Numbered from the whole stretch's first letter, positions 1 to 13,255 are shown. The stretch: 63,559 bases of DNA, filler included, from Octopus bimaculoides (GCF_001194135.2; 5 parts of 5 records of this genome joined end to end with filler, not necessarily neighbours in it); one strand, 5' to 3'. The notes: generated by a model not told the origin, from the letters alone. Numbers and translations: made by a program.

Positions 1-437
1 TCTCTTGCTCTCTCTCTCTGTGAAAGTATCTGTCATTACAGTATCGAAATATGATTGTTTCAGTTAGTGGAATAGTTTCATTTTTAAAGTGAAAGTATTT
101 GACATGGGTGTTTTTGTTTCACTTTTGACACATAATACTTAAATAGTGGAGGAGATATTATGTTGCCGTGTGCTCGAACTCTGCAAGAAGTTAAAAATTG
201 TTTTTGACTAAAACACAACTGGAACCCTAAGTAAGGCATGTGTAAAATTTGAATGAAATTGGTTGCGTAGTTCTCGAGTTTTAGGGATTCACACACACAC
301 AGAGACAGACAGACAGACACACATTCTCATTTATATATATATAGATGATATGTAATTATTTGTATATATCGTCAATAGATCATATATCCGAAAAAGAAGC
401 ACACTTTAAACGTTAGAGCTGTAATGTATTTATTGGG

Positions 438-622
438 AGTTAATTATATGGCCAGTCATAGAGTGACTAATGATTTCGCATCTATAAAGTACCTAGCCTC
501 ACAGATGGCTCGTCGGACTCTAAAGGCCGCGGGCATAAGAGTCCGTCGAGCCGTCTATAAGGCTAAACGCTTTATAGATGCGAAATCATTGGTCACTCTT
601 TGACCGACCATATAATTAACTT
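438..622. repeat. Foldback/MITE-like long inverted repeat (~84-bp arms, ~16-nt loop)
   Basis: 438-521 is the imperfect reverse complement of 538-622 (e.g. GATTTCGCATCTATAAAG / CTTTATAGATGCGAAATC). Confidence 0.8.
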
Positions 623-640
623 CACACACACATATTAATA

Positions 641-704
641 TTAGATTAGATTAGACTAGATTAGATTAGACTAGATTAGATTAGACTAGATTAGATTAGA
701 TTAG
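641..704. repeat. (TTAGA/CTAGA)n pentanucleotide microsatellite
   Basis: Direct reading of the sequence. Confidence 0.9.
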
Positions 705-2119
705 TAGAATCGTTAGAGCGTTGGAAAACGTGCTTTCTAGTATTTCTTGCAGTTCTTTACGTTCTTAGATCAAATTCTGCAGAGATGATCATTGCATTTC
801 ATTCCTCTGAGATCGGGATGAATAGTGAACCAATCAGTGAGGCTGAAGATGACGGTTTATCCGCTTCCCTCAAATTTGATGGTTTTGTATCTAAATCAAT
901 AAAATGAGTGAGTGTGTGTGTGTGTTTTATTGTGCAAAAGTGCATGCGATTCTTATATCTTTTATTTGAAATGTGAAAAGCAGCAATTTTCAACCACTGG
1001 GCTACGTATAATCCATAGATGCGCCAAGATGTTTTTGAGGTGAGTTTGTAGACGCCAGGATAGTTAGAAAAATTGAGTTTTTTATGCACTTCACCGACAC
1101 ATGCGTATTATTTAGCAACGCATGCAATCTATCTCTGTTTTAAAACAATTTTATTATTCGTAGTTTATATCATATAATGTTTAAAAATCTGTGTGCAGAT
1201 TCGTTATGCCATGTATAATTTTTAAGAATCTATGCGCGTTATTCATTATGTCATGCATAACAAAAAGTTGACAATCGTTTGGGTTAGAGTATAGTGCATC
1301 TACATGTGGTAACGAGTATAATATTTCGTAATGTCAATTTTGTCTGGCTGTCTGTACTCCATCGTAATGCGTTATTCCGTTCAACACAGACTGTATATAT
1401 ATATATATATATATNNNNNNNNNNNNNNNNNNNNNNNNNNNNNNNNNNNNNNNNNNNNNNNNNNNNNNNNNNNNNNNNNNNNNNNNNNNNNNNNNNNNNN
1501 NNNNNNNNNNNNNNNNNNNNNNNNNNNNNNNNNNNNNNNNNNNNNNNNNNNNNNNNNNNNNNNNNNNNNNNNNNNNNNNNNNNNNNNNNNNNNNNNNNNN
1601 NNNNNNNNNNNNNNNNNNNNNNNNNNNNNNNNNNNNNNNNNNNNNNNNNNNNNNNNNNNNNNNNNNNNNNNNNNNNNNNNNNNNNNNNNNNNNNNNNNNN
1701 NNNNNNNNNNNNNNNNNNNNNNNNNNNNNNNNNNNNNNNNNNNNNNNNNNNNNNNNNNNNNNNNNNNNNNNNNNNNNNNNNNNNNNNNNNNNNNNNNNNN
1801 NNNNNNNNNNNNNNNNNNNNNNNNNNNNNNNNNNNNNNNNNNNNNNNNNNNNNNNNNNNNNNNNNNNNNNNNNNNNNNNNNNNNNNNNNNNNNNNNNNNN
1901 NNNNNNNNNNNNNNNNNNNNNNNNNNNNNNNNNNNNNNNNNNNNNNNNNNNNNNNNNNNNNNNNNNNNNNNNNNNNNNNNNNNNNNNNNNNNNNNNNNNN
2001 NNNNNNNNNNNNNNNNNNNNNNNNNNNNNNNNNNNNNATATTTCTTTTTAATGATTAACCTAGCCATGAGCTACATCTAGTGGAAAACGGAGATTGTATC
2101 GAAAAGGTAGATATGTATC

Positions 2120-2315
2120 CTTTATCTTTTACTTGCTTCAGCCATTGGACTGTGGTCGTGCTGGGGTACCGCCTTGAAGGGTATTAGTCGAACAAATTTT
2201 ATAAAATCCAGTACATATTCAATGTGAACCTTTTGCCGAACTACTAAGTTACGGGACGTAGACAAACCAACACCGATTGTCAAGCGGTGAGGGAACAAAC
2301 TCAGACACAAAAACG

Positions 2316-2366
<51 letters not shown>

Positions 2367-2540
2367 ACTCACACACACACACACATAGTTTCGTTCTATC
2401 AAATTCATTCACAAGGCATTGATCGGCCTGGAGCAATAGTAGAAGACACTTGCCCAAGGTTGCCATGCAGTGGGACTGAATCCGAAACTAGGTGACCTCA
2501 AAGCAAACTTCTCACCCACACAGCCACACATGCGCCTATA
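2120..2540 (-). mobile_element. tRNA-derived SINE, family A (degenerate, split by CT/CA microsatellite)
   Basis: Reverse complement resembles the + copy at 8598-8942 (TGACTGAAACAAGTAAAAGA tail; CCTTGGGCAAGTGTCTTCTACTAT body). Confidence 0.75.
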
Positions 2541-3084
2541 CAAAATTGACCTCGGTATGATTTGAACTTGGAACTTAAAAAGCCAGAACAAATGCTGCGA
2601 GGCAATTTCTCGACACTCAAACGATTCTGCCAAAGAAGTTTTGTTGGTAGAATCAATAGGCTGCTGGTGTGAGCTTTAATGCATTATCATCCTTCAGTAC
2701 AACATTATATGATAAGAGGATTGTTCAATTTTTGCTTGGATCATCTCAGTTGATAACTGCTACTTATTTATCAACCTCAGATGTTTGAAAAGCAAAAACA
2801 ACTAAATTTTGTAATACTTGAGATGGTCATATTTCTCCAATTAAACACACGCACTATATATTTGGTCTTCACTTCAGCTTTATTATTAACATTTTAGTTG
2901 TTTTTTTTTTGTCAAAATTCTTTCGTCACAAATCACGTGTCCTCTTCACCGACTCTCTATGTCACGTATCTCTTCTTGTTCTACTTTGGCAGCTTATCCC
3001 ACTCTGCTTTTTGCATTTTACCTTTTGCCCCAAATTACTAAATAACTTTAATATTGTTTTCAAATTTCGGCACAATACTACCAA

Positions 3085-3200
3085 TTTAGAAGTAGGGGGG
3101 AAATGTTCAGCTAGTATTTATTTTACCGGCATCGAAAGAATGGAAAGCAAAGTCGGGCTCGGCAGAATTTGAACTCAGAACGACAAGACGGACGAAATGT
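3085..3200 (-). mobile_element. tRNA-derived SINE, family B, partial
   Basis: GAATTTGAACTCAGAACG is the reverse complement of the B-box region shared with 23410-23615 and 60420-60845. Confidence 0.65.
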
Positions 3201-3739
3201 CAAATAATATTAATACGAATAATANNNNNNNNNNNNNNNNNNNNNNNNNNNNNNNNNNNNNNNNNNNNNNNNNNNNNNNNNNNNNNNNNNNNNNNNNNNN
3301 NNNNNNNNNNNNNNNNNNNNNNNNNNNNNNNNNNNNNNNNNNNNNNNNNNNNNNNNNNNNNNNNNNNNNNNNNNNNNNNNNNNNNNNNNNNNNNNNNNNN
3401 NNNNNNNNNNNNNNNNNNNNNNNNNNNNNNNNNNNNNNNNNNNNNNNNNNNNNNNNNNNNNNNNNNNNNNNNNNNNNNNNNNNNNNNNNNNNNNNNNNNN
3501 NNNNNNNNNNNNNNNNNNNNNNNNNNNNNNNNNNNNNNNNNNNNNNNNNNNNNNNNNNNNNNNNNNNNNNNNNNNNNNNNNNNNNNNNNNNNNNNNNNNN
3601 NNNNNNNNNNNNNNNNNNNNNNNNNNNNNNNNNNNNNNNNNNNNNNNNNNNNNNNNNNNNNNNNNNNNNNNNNNNNNNNNNNNNNNNNNNNNNNNNNNNN
3701 NNNNNNNNNNNNNNNNNNNNNNNNNNNNNTGTGTGTGTG

Positions 3740-3804
<65 letters not shown>

Positions 3805-3959
3805 CTGTGTATATAATCTTTTATCTTTTACTTGTTTCAGTCATTAGACTGTGGTCATGAGTTGCTTGAGGGCAACGCGACACTCGCGGTGCCATCGCCC
3901 TTCCTCGGCCTCTTTTTGATCCACGATTGCAGTTCGGTCAAAGAGACGAGCTGCGGGAA

Positions 3960-4200
3960 AGCTTGCCCCCAAAACAGCGAACCCGCATGATGGAGGCATA
4001 GCCAGAAGTTGATATCCAATGGCAAAGAGGGATAATTTCCTATTGTTTTACCTTCGTAGCGAGGTTTTTCCCCTTCTATATTTTGAAGAGGTTTTAAGCC
4101 AATAGGTTTTGGGGTGTGACGATATGCCATAAAGCTAAACCCTTTATGGACGGGAAGTCCAGGGTAATCCCATAAACCGGTCTCCCCCACTGAAATATAC
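3960..4200 (+). mobile_element. Penelope-like element 3' end/pLTR fragment
   Basis: Alignable by eye to the reverse complement of 18484-18680 (ATGGAGGCATAGCCAGAAGTTGAT vs ATGGCGGCACAGCCGGAAGTCGAT; GCCATAAAGCTAAACCC shared). Confidence 0.6.
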
Positions 4201-4263
4201 ACTGCTCTACATCTTAGAGTATGCTTCTCCTCCAGATTTGTTTTTCACAAACGATATGTGTGT

Positions 4264-4304
<41 letters not shown>

Positions 4305-4439
4305 CGTGTGTGTGCGTGTGTGTGTAGGACGTTCCACAATCGCCATTTACTTCAATCACTCTTGTGAAGATAATCACGTAACTCATTTTTTCATTTAATC
4401 CCCGTTTTAATTTTCGAAAAAGTTTCCGAGAACGATGTT

Positions 4440-4883
4440 CTCACTCTCTACAAGAAGCGTCGGGGCAGATGTACATGATCAGTATTCTACAGCGAAGCAA
4501 AGACGAACACAGGTAAACAGAGTCAATGTTGAATTCTGCAACTCTGTTAACTCTATTATGTATGTTTGCAAATATATAAACAAAGGTTTAGATGCTGCAA
4601 CACACACTCTTATGCAGAATGGCAGTCAGCAGATTAAGAAAAATGAGAGAATGCACAGTATGACAGATGAAGATACATCAGTACCAATGAGGTTTTTTGG
4701 CGCATCTTCAATTTTCCCATTCATGAGAGGCACCCAGCCATCATTTATCTGAGTGTCCATCTACAGCAATGTTTCTCAACCTTTTTACCCTTGCATAACC
4801 TTTAAAATAAATTACATGTCTCAAAGAAACCCTGCACAAAAAATATTATATACCATATCTTTCTCATTTTTTTCATCGTAGTT

Positions 4884-4922
<39 letters not shown>

Positions 4923-5459
4923 NNNNNNNNNNNNNNNNNNNNNNNNNNNNNNNNNNNNNNNNNNNNNNNNNNNNNNNNNNNNNNNNNNNNNNNNNNNNNN
5001 NNNNNNNNNNNNNNNNNNNNNNNNNNNNNNNNNNNNNNNNNNNNNNNNNNNNNNNNNNNNNNNNNNNNNNNNNNNNNNNNNNNNNNNNNNNNNNNNNNNN
5101 NNNNNNNNNNNNNNNNNNNNNNNNNNNNNNNNNNNNNNNNNNNNNNNNNNNNTGATGATATATAAGTTTATGTATATATTAATATTATCTCAGTTATTAA
5201 AACTTTCGATAATTTAAATACTTTAATAGTTACCAGAGGTAGCAAAATTACACTAAAAAACAAGATATCACAGCCATTTTACAGGTAGAGATACCAAGTT
5301 AAAGTGATACATTTTGAGAAGATATGGATAATAATAAATGGAGCAAAATGCATGTCAATAAAAGTTCCTTTAATTCCTACACATGTTTCGAAATAAATGA
5401 GAGACTTTCACAAAGAAGAAAGAGCTGTTGGGGTTCCTCATTTATTTCTCTTCGGGGAG

Positions 5460-5504
<45 letters not shown>

Positions 5505-6501
5505 AATGGTTGTAAACTTTTTTGATAACATAATAGGTTAGATCGGATGATATCAATATTACAACATTACAATATTACAATAACCAATAACATGCTGTGC
5601 ATGTATTGTAATATTACGATCATGAAATTAGCATTAGCTTATCTCATTCTTTCTCGGGGAACCCCTAGGAACCTTATCCAGAACTCCGCTTGAGAAACGC
5701 TGATGTAGAGAATGGCCATAGGGTTATCTTCACAAACAACATTGCAACAAACACTTCTGCAAAAGAAATTATCTTTGCTGCCTTTTTAAATTTGTGTCAA
5801 CGAGATGAAGATGCAAGAAAACTCCTTTACCCACAATTACCCAAGTATTACACCCGGAGAAACAATAAATGGCATAAGAGGAAATGATGAGCAATGGGAC
5901 CTTGCATTGACTGAAGCATCAATATCAGATTCTCCAAGGAAACTCCGTAACCCTTTTGCAATAATATTGAATATGTGTCAACTTGACTGTCCCCTACAGC
6001 TTTGGATGAAACATCATGAGGACATGGCTGAGAACTTAAAGTATGCAGTTCCACGGACAAACCCAGTTATCAATATTCAGTTCTCTGAAACAATTTTTAA
6101 CCAAGCACTGATTGAAATTGAGGATCAAGTTTTGCGAGGCAAAAATTTGCAAGAGTCTGGCTCTGGACTGCCAAAAGCAAACCGTCAAATTAGTGATTTA
6201 ACTTCAAGAGACATAGCAAGAGAGACAAATTATGACATCACAGACTTGGCTGCATTTGTGAATGAACATGAACTTAATCTTCATCCAGAACGATGCTGTG
6301 CAGATGATCAAATTTTTCCTATATTATTATTATTAGTAGTAGTAGTATTTTTCTTTTTGTATTATGAATTCAGAATTGATTTCTCAATTGAAGAATAAAT
6401 TGAATTTAGAATAACAAATTCCTATACAACGTATTTTGCTTTTTCCTTCCAATATATAAGGAACAATTTCTTTCCTGGGCAACGCCGGGTGCTTCTGCTA
6501 G
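4440..6501 (+). mobile_element. Decayed Helitron RepHel fragment with 3' terminus
   Basis: Translations VNVEFCNSVNSIMYVCKYINKG, RYISTNEVFWRIFNFPIHERHPAIIYLSVHL, ENGHRVIF, NDEQWDLALTEAS...PRKLRNPFAIILNMC and QALIEIED match the Helitron Rep and pre-helicase region. Ends in a GC hairpin (CCTGGGCAACGCCGGG) followed by CTAG at 6498-6501. Confidence 0.88.
4767..5702. mobile_element. hAT-Charlie-type non-autonomous element inserted in the Helitron
   Basis: Termini CAATGTTTCTCAA / TTGAGAAACGCTG. Degenerate 8-bp TSD ATCTACAG (4759-4766) / ATGTAGAG (5703-5710) fits the NTCTAGAN Charlie target. Removing the element restores HLENG. Confidence 0.8.
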
Positions 6502-6755
6502 NNNNNNNNNNNNNNNNNNNNNNNNNNNNNNNNNNNNNNNNNNNNNNNNNNNNNNNNNNNNNNNNNNNNNNNNNNNNNNNNNNNNNNNNNNNNNNNNNNN
6601 NNNNNNNNNNNNNNNNNNNNNNNNNNNNNNNNNNNNNNNNNNNNNNNNNNNNNNNNNNNNNNNNNNNNNNNNNNNNNNNNNNNNNNNNNNNNNNNNNNNN
6701 NNNNNNNNNNNNNNNNNNNNNNNNNNNNNNNNNNNNNNNNNNNNNNNNNNNNNNN

Positions 6756-6756
<1 letters not shown>

Positions 6757-6790
<34 letters not shown>

Positions 6791-7527
6791 CATCTCCATC
6801 TCTCCTTTAGTGTTACTTCGCACTACCCGTCTTATTGTTGTTGCATAGTCAAAAGACATTCTAAGCATACAAATATCCCTCTGTTTCGTTTATTACTTTT
6901 TGTTACTATCCTTTCTTAATTGTTTCTTTTGTTTTATATTTTTTCCCTTTCTTATAGTTCGCCCTTTTTACCCACCAGGCTTTTCTTGTTTTTGTACTTG
7001 TTTTATTTTCTCTGTTCGTGTTTGTCTACCATGTCTGCCCATTTATACTCCCAAGTAACCTACGTTGCTTATATCACGAAATTGAACAACATTATTGGAA
7101 CATTATAATAGAAAGGTGTCAAAATTGTGCTGATATTTGGTAACTGATGAGGAACTGAGCATTTTACCATGCTTTTGTGGATATCTCTTTGTCGCCCACT
7201 CGCACCGCATTTTTATTGAGTGTGCGCGTAAGTGTATGTGTGTGCGCGCGAGCGCGTGTGTACATATATATATGTGTATTGTATATACGTGTGTGTGTGT
7301 GTATGTATGTAGGTAGGTCGGTTTGTACGTACCTCATTTAATATATACTGTTTACAAAAAAAAACCTTTGTAAATTGTGCATACCAAATGATATTTATCT
7401 CTCACTGGTTGAGTACTCTTTTGTTGATCCTACCTATAATAGAACAGTTGATACCTGCGTAATCTAGACGGCGTTTTTAAATTTCATTCTTCTCTTTAAC
7501 CCTGGCAACGCTGGGTATATCTGCTAG
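6757..7527 (+). mobile_element. Non-autonomous Helitron
   Basis: Starts from a (TA)n-TATAAAA run and ends CCTGGCAACGCTGGGTATATCTGCTAG|T, the same hairpin+CTAG terminus as 6475-6501. The 5' boundary is uncertain. Confidence 0.6.
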
Positions 7528-7558
<31 letters not shown>

Positions 7559-8597
7559 CAGTCATGATGGTATTTTGATATCCAGCACGAATCATCATGA
7601 TACTTTTCAAATATTCAGATGGCTTCCAGTACTTCATGTCAGCTAACTTTTTCTCAACTAAAAATTTAATTTTTGTGCTCTTCAAGGCCGTAGACTGTTC
7701 ACTGATTCATCAAGATGTTCCTGAAAAACGGAGATAAAATAGCGTCAAATGTATTCTGAATACCCTGTATTTATTTTGTCTACGTGTCCTGGTAGTCGTT
7801 ATTTGAGTAACAACTGCTAGGATAAATTTCTTCTTGCCCTTTGCATTCTGTCTCTTTCTTATAAAAAGATAAGACCAAGTCGTAAATGATGGAAGACACC
7901 GATATTTGTCGAATTGAAAACCACTGGGATAGACACACATTTGTATGCTAAAAGACGTTTCTTTAAAAACACAAATCATTTTAAAAATATGACTTTCTTA
8001 AGATGAAAGTCATTTTACTTTTTGATTTAGTCTCACTCATATTTTTTAGGAACAAATTTCATTCAAGATTTTTGTGAAGATATTTCTCAGAAATACATCT
8101 TTTTTTTATTTAATAGAGTTGCTGTTCTTGTTGTTAATGTTGTTTGCTCCTAAGTAAGACTTGGTTTAGCAGATCTATAGTCAAAGGCATTCCAATCATG
8201 ATCTTGTCCTTTTGTATGTCTACGACTACATTGTCTAATGTGTCCTCTTTTTTATGATGGAAGGGTGCTATTTGTTGGTGATTTAACTGCTATTTGCAAC
8301 TGGATGAGGATTTCTCATTGGTTCGTATCTACAAGTGTTTATGAAATTGGTCAGGAAAGAGGAAGTCAAACAGGGCTAATTTTTATTTCCTTCCCGATAG
8401 AATTCTTCAGCTGCCCAGTCTAAGCTAGTGCTGGCTAAAACAAATAGGGCCTCAGTCTAAAAAATATAAAGGATTTACTTTCTCTGTTTTCCGAGTTCAC
8501 ATCCACCTAAGCGCCTACTGTTCGTTTTCTTTCTCGTAGCCAATAAAAGAAAGATTCGATCTACCTAACTTTTCTTTGAAACCAAAAAAATGTCATA

Positions 8598-8942
8598 GGC
8601 GCAGGCGTGGTTGTGTGGTAAGAAGCTTGCTTCCCAACTACATGATTCTGGGTTCAGTCCCATTGCGTGACACTTCCTTGTGGGTGGTTTTGGTAGACGG
8701 AAACTGAAAGAATCTCGTCGTATACATAGGTATATATTTGTTCCCCCGACATGGCTTGACAACCGATGCTGGTGTGTTAATGCCCTCATAACTTAGCGGT
8801 TCGGCAAAAGAGACTGGTAGAATAAGTACTAGGCTTAAAAAGAATAAGTCCTGGAGTCGAGTTATTCGACTAAACCCCTTTAAGGCAGTGCTCCAGCATG
8901 ACCGCAGTCAAAATGACTGAAACAAGTAAAAGAATAAAAGAA
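8598..8942 (+). mobile_element. tRNA-derived SINE, family A, near full length
   Basis: A-box TGGTTGTGTGG, B-box GGTTCAGTCCC, body GGTAGACGGAAACTGAAAGAA, tail TGACTGAAACAAGTAAAAGAATAAAAGAAT; multiple copies in the window. Confidence 0.9.
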
Positions 8943-9991
8943 TGTCTAATATAAGACATTGCTTTTTATTTAGCTCGGAAAACACTTTATTTTCAACGCC
9001 ATAATCAAGTTATCGGCCAGGAACAGTATTCAGAACATAATCTTTCTAGGCTAAATTCATATAAATTGGTTTTGTCGAGCAATATTATGCACCTACCATT
9101 AATCTATCACATATGTTGAACATTAAATATATAATGCCAGAGTAGACATCTTGAAGCTGTATAAACTCCGTGCTGATAATGAACAACTGTTGCTATACGA
9201 TTTACATTGAGTAGCTCAATATTACATGAGACAATTTGAAAACGTTCAAGTATCACATCCCAAATATAACATGTAAAACCAATGAAAGATTCTCTGTGTG
9301 ATCATTTAACATGTCTGAAATAATAGCCAGATTTTATTTAAATCATACACTACCATTTTAAAAGGGTATCTCCGAATACGGTGAAAAGATGAGTACTGGA
9401 GTCGATGCGTTCGGCTGAATCCTTCAACGCGGTGCCCCAGTGTGGCCACAGTCCAGTGACTGAAACAAGTGAAAGAAATGAATGTTGAAGTATCTGGGAA
9501 AGACATGATAGGCTGGAACACCTTTAATCATAGGTCTGTTCAATAGGGTTGACTTGAGGCTAACCACCACTACTACCACCAAAGCAGCAACAACAACATG
9601 TAGTAAAAGAGGATAAGAGTGAGATAAACGCTTGTCTGATAATCTATATCAAATGGAGTAAAAAGGAGATTAAATTTATATTCTTATATTTTCTAAAAAA
9701 AAAAATTTTTTTAATTAAAAAAAGTAGAATTGTGTTTAAACTGTCAAGCAGTCAGTTTGATCGGCCATTTCAGCAAAGACGGGAATTAGTTTAGGGACTG
9801 AAAATGTCTTAATGCCTCAGTGAACAAAATTTTATTTCTCGAGGAATATTTCCAATAAATTATATTTTCTGGTATTACTGTTCGATTTTTGTATCCTTTT
9901 CTGTTGGTATGATATAATGTTCTTCTGTGATCACTTTAAAATATAACTGAAGTATATATTTTAAAGTAGTCATAGAAGTAAGTAACCATGT

Positions 9992-10335
9992 GAAGGCACA
10001 TGACTCAGTGGTTAGAGCATCGGGCTCACAATCATAAGGCAGTGAGTTCAATTCCCGGACCATGTTGTGTGTTGTGTTCTTGAGCGAGACACTTCATTTC
10101 ACGTTGCTCCAGTTCACTCAGCTGCAGAAATGAGTTGCGACGTCACTAGTGCCAAGCTGTATCAGCCTTTGCCTTTCACTTGAATAACATCGATGGCGTG
10201 GAGAGGGGAGGCTGATATGCATGGGTGACTGCTGGTCTTCTTTCCACAAACAATCTTGCTGGGACTTGTGCCTCGGAGGGGAAATTTCTAGGTGCAGTTC
10301 CATGGTCATTTATGACTGAAGTGGGTCGTTCTTTT
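9992..10335 (+). mobile_element. tRNA-derived SINE, family C (CORE/Deu-like central domain)
   Basis: Head GGCACATGACTCAGTGGTTAGAGC...GAGTTCAATTCCC followed by TTCTTGAGCGAGACACTTCATTTCACGTTGCTCCAGTTCACTCAGCTG; reverse copy at 32725-32900. Confidence 0.8.
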
Positions 10336-11144
10336 TAAGTCATAGGGGAACAGCTTACTGAAGCCGTAATCATTTAATCCTTTGCTTGATCTGTTTATCA
10401 CAACATATTTCCCTAGCGTCTATGCCCCATATGTGACACACATTCTTAACTTTTTTTCAACTAGCAGAGTAAGGTGAGACTTATGAAATGAAAGCTTTGT
10501 ATTACTCAGAATGTACGGAACAGGGGCTAGCTAAAAATCTGAAAACAAGAATAAAAACACACGTTTAGTACAGACTTGTAAAAATGATTTGTACAGGCAG
10601 AGGGTTGAGCCAACTGAACACCAGTTCATTAAAACAAACCTAAAGGTTCTGGAATCATAAGTAATCATTAATCTAGTCTGATAACACTAGTGCCACTTCA
10701 TGCAATGTAACTGTGTTGAGTGTACACTGCTGCCATTTTCGCATTGACCTAGGATAATATCAAGAGTATAAAGAAAACAACAGACAGCAGCAACACTTCC
10801 AATTAACAAATTATCCGCTAAGATTCCTATTCTCTCAGCCATTGTCTTTATATATTCATGCACATCTTCATTTGTTTCTATTTCTATCAAGGTTTGTTAG
10901 AAGTTGCTGGTATCATTATAAAAATCCAACAACTTGCTTGAAGTGTTGCTCGAACTCCTTGACATCGTTTCCACTTCACGTGGTCAAGGTAATTCGTACT
11001 CTTATTGCATTTACCAAGTAAATGTTTATTCCAACAAACCTATATTGACATTGTTTAGTGATAAAAATTCCATTGCTTCAAGGTGAAAATTATTTCTCTT
11101 AATATCAAACACCATTTCAAACAACTGACGTATAACGCTTTGAA

Positions 11145-11278
<134 letters not shown>

Positions 11279-11402
11279 ACGTACATGTGTGTATGTATGT
11301 CTCTTCTATTTTTTTAATTATTATAGATCTTCCACAGAGGAAGGAGTCGACTTCCAACAAAGATTCAAGGCTTTATCTTTGGGATGTAATTAACACAGAT
11401 AA

Positions 11403-11433
<31 letters not shown>

Positions 11434-12019
11434 TGTATGTATGTATTATGTATGTATGAATGAATGTTGTATATACTTGTGTGTATATGTATTTTAGGAT
11501 GGGGTATTTGTTTTTATCATTTTAGAAGTCAACTAAAAAGTGATAAAGTCATTTGAAAACAGGTCAAGACAGCTCTTGGGGATTGTGAATATCTGAGGGC
11601 ATGTGTAGATGTATATGTGTACTTGTGTGTGCGTGCTTGTATGTGAGTGTCGGTACACAGGTACTCATATACAGAGTGTGGGTGTACTTGCACTCATGTA
11701 GTGAATGCGGAGATACTTGCACTCATGTAGTGTATGTACGAGCCACTTTAGTACACAACCATGTGTTTCATTGTTGTTTTAAGTGCATGTATGTGTGGGG
11801 GGTGCGTGTGAGTGTGTGCATATGTGCATGTGTACCTTGTATGTGCGTGTATTTCTTACATACATGTGATTGTGTGTATGTCCTTAGTCGAGGAACCACA
11901 AATATAGAATCTCTGAAATGCTTTACTAATCAATTTGCTTTGTTCTTTTGGTAGGAAAGATACCATCACTTCTAGAGCTTTGTACAAATCTGCTTTTACA
12001 TAACCTAGTGCACCTAGGT

Positions 12020-12330
12020 CAGAGATCTCATCACAGGTTGATGAGACCTGCTACTGGAACCATGTGAACCAGTACCACCTGTTTCAAGGTCGAGAGGTCG
12101 GCAACTAAACTGTCTTCCCCACTTGCTACTCTTGTGTGGAGGATGTCTGGACACACAGCAGAACTAAAAACAAGACCTGTCGAAGGATGGATGAGCTCCT
12201 TGTAGGCCAATGGCCATCCAGTTGGGGAAGGTAAGGGCAAACCACCCCAATATCTCTGCTAAGAAAACACTGAGAAAGCCATAACAAAGTAACGCTAGGT
12301 TTCATCTGATGGGAGAACTCGTGCTTAATA
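12020..12330 (+). mobile_element. Possible RTE-clade 5' UTR fragment (Bov-A/BovB-like motif)
   Basis: GGGGAAGGTAAGGGCAAACCACCCCAATATCTCTGCTAAGAAAAC (~12224-12268) resembles the BovB/Bov-A motif GGAGAAGGAAATGGCAACCCACTCCAGTATTCTTGCC, recalled from memory. Confidence 0.4.
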
Positions 12331-12767
12331 GGGAAGACTTTCACCGTAGTGTCATCAACGCATTGTAAAAGCGTACGAAACATGACGACGACAAGTGCAC
12401 CTGTGATTATAGGAGTACAAGAGGTAGAAGTGTTTCGTTGGTTCTCTTGCGATGTTCCTTCTTTTCTCCGATATTTTCACAACAATATTTGTTCCCTCTC
12501 CCATAAAGCAATATCTGTCCTTTTGTGCTTGTGCTAAGTTGCTATTTTTACTAGAAAGTTTCATCACTATCCTATATATTTAAGGTTATGGATACTGATA
12601 AGCTGCCGCCCTGGAATATCCCTGTGAATAACTTAGTTCTATTAGTTCTATTATACAGTAGCTTTGTAGATCATGTCGTCACTTTCTTAATGGCAAAGCG
12701 TATTGACTCTAGCATTATTGACTGAGGGAGAGAATCAAATGTTTTCTTATAGCCTAGTCATACTATC

Positions 12768-13101
12768 TGTTGTATTTCCCTCGGAAGACTCGAAGAGATA
12801 ACACAACGAGTTGTACAATTTAATTATTACATTTATTATTCAATTACATACAAAGAACGCACTCACCCAATGTTCGTTATGAATAAACAAAAGTCATGTC
12901 CGCCATATATATCAATGACATTTTACTACGACAGTCACACAAGACAACAACAATGAAACAATGAACTCAGACGAACCACAGTGATACACGGAACGTCAGA
13001 CGAATTACATATCTAACAGTCCATATAACACCTCCCCACTGAAATTGATGCGACACAAGAAGTATCAACAGCAAAGTCTCTCATGGGTTTTACGGGTTCT
13101 C
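12768..13101 (-). mobile_element. Gypsy-type LTR retrotransposon 3' end: integrase tail, PPT and 263-bp LTR
   Basis: On the - strand: DNPRRSKRTRKTHERL (typical post-integrase RRSxR tail), then PPT GGGGAGG (13031-13037) abutting an LTR TGTTATATGG...AATACAACA (13030-12768) with TG...CA ends and an AATAAA signal. Confidence 0.75.
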
Positions 13102-13255
13102 TTGGATCGTCTTGGGTTGTCNNNNNNNNNNNNNNNNNNNNNNNNNNNNNNNNNNNNNNNNNNNNTTAATTAATTAANNNNNNNNNNNNNNNNNNNNNNN
13201 NNNNNNNNNNNNNNNNNNNNNTATATATATATATATATATATATACATATATATA

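Noticed and set aside
8598-10070. SINE heads as tRNA genes
   Set aside because: A/B boxes are present but cloverleafs are incomplete and continue into SINE bodies.
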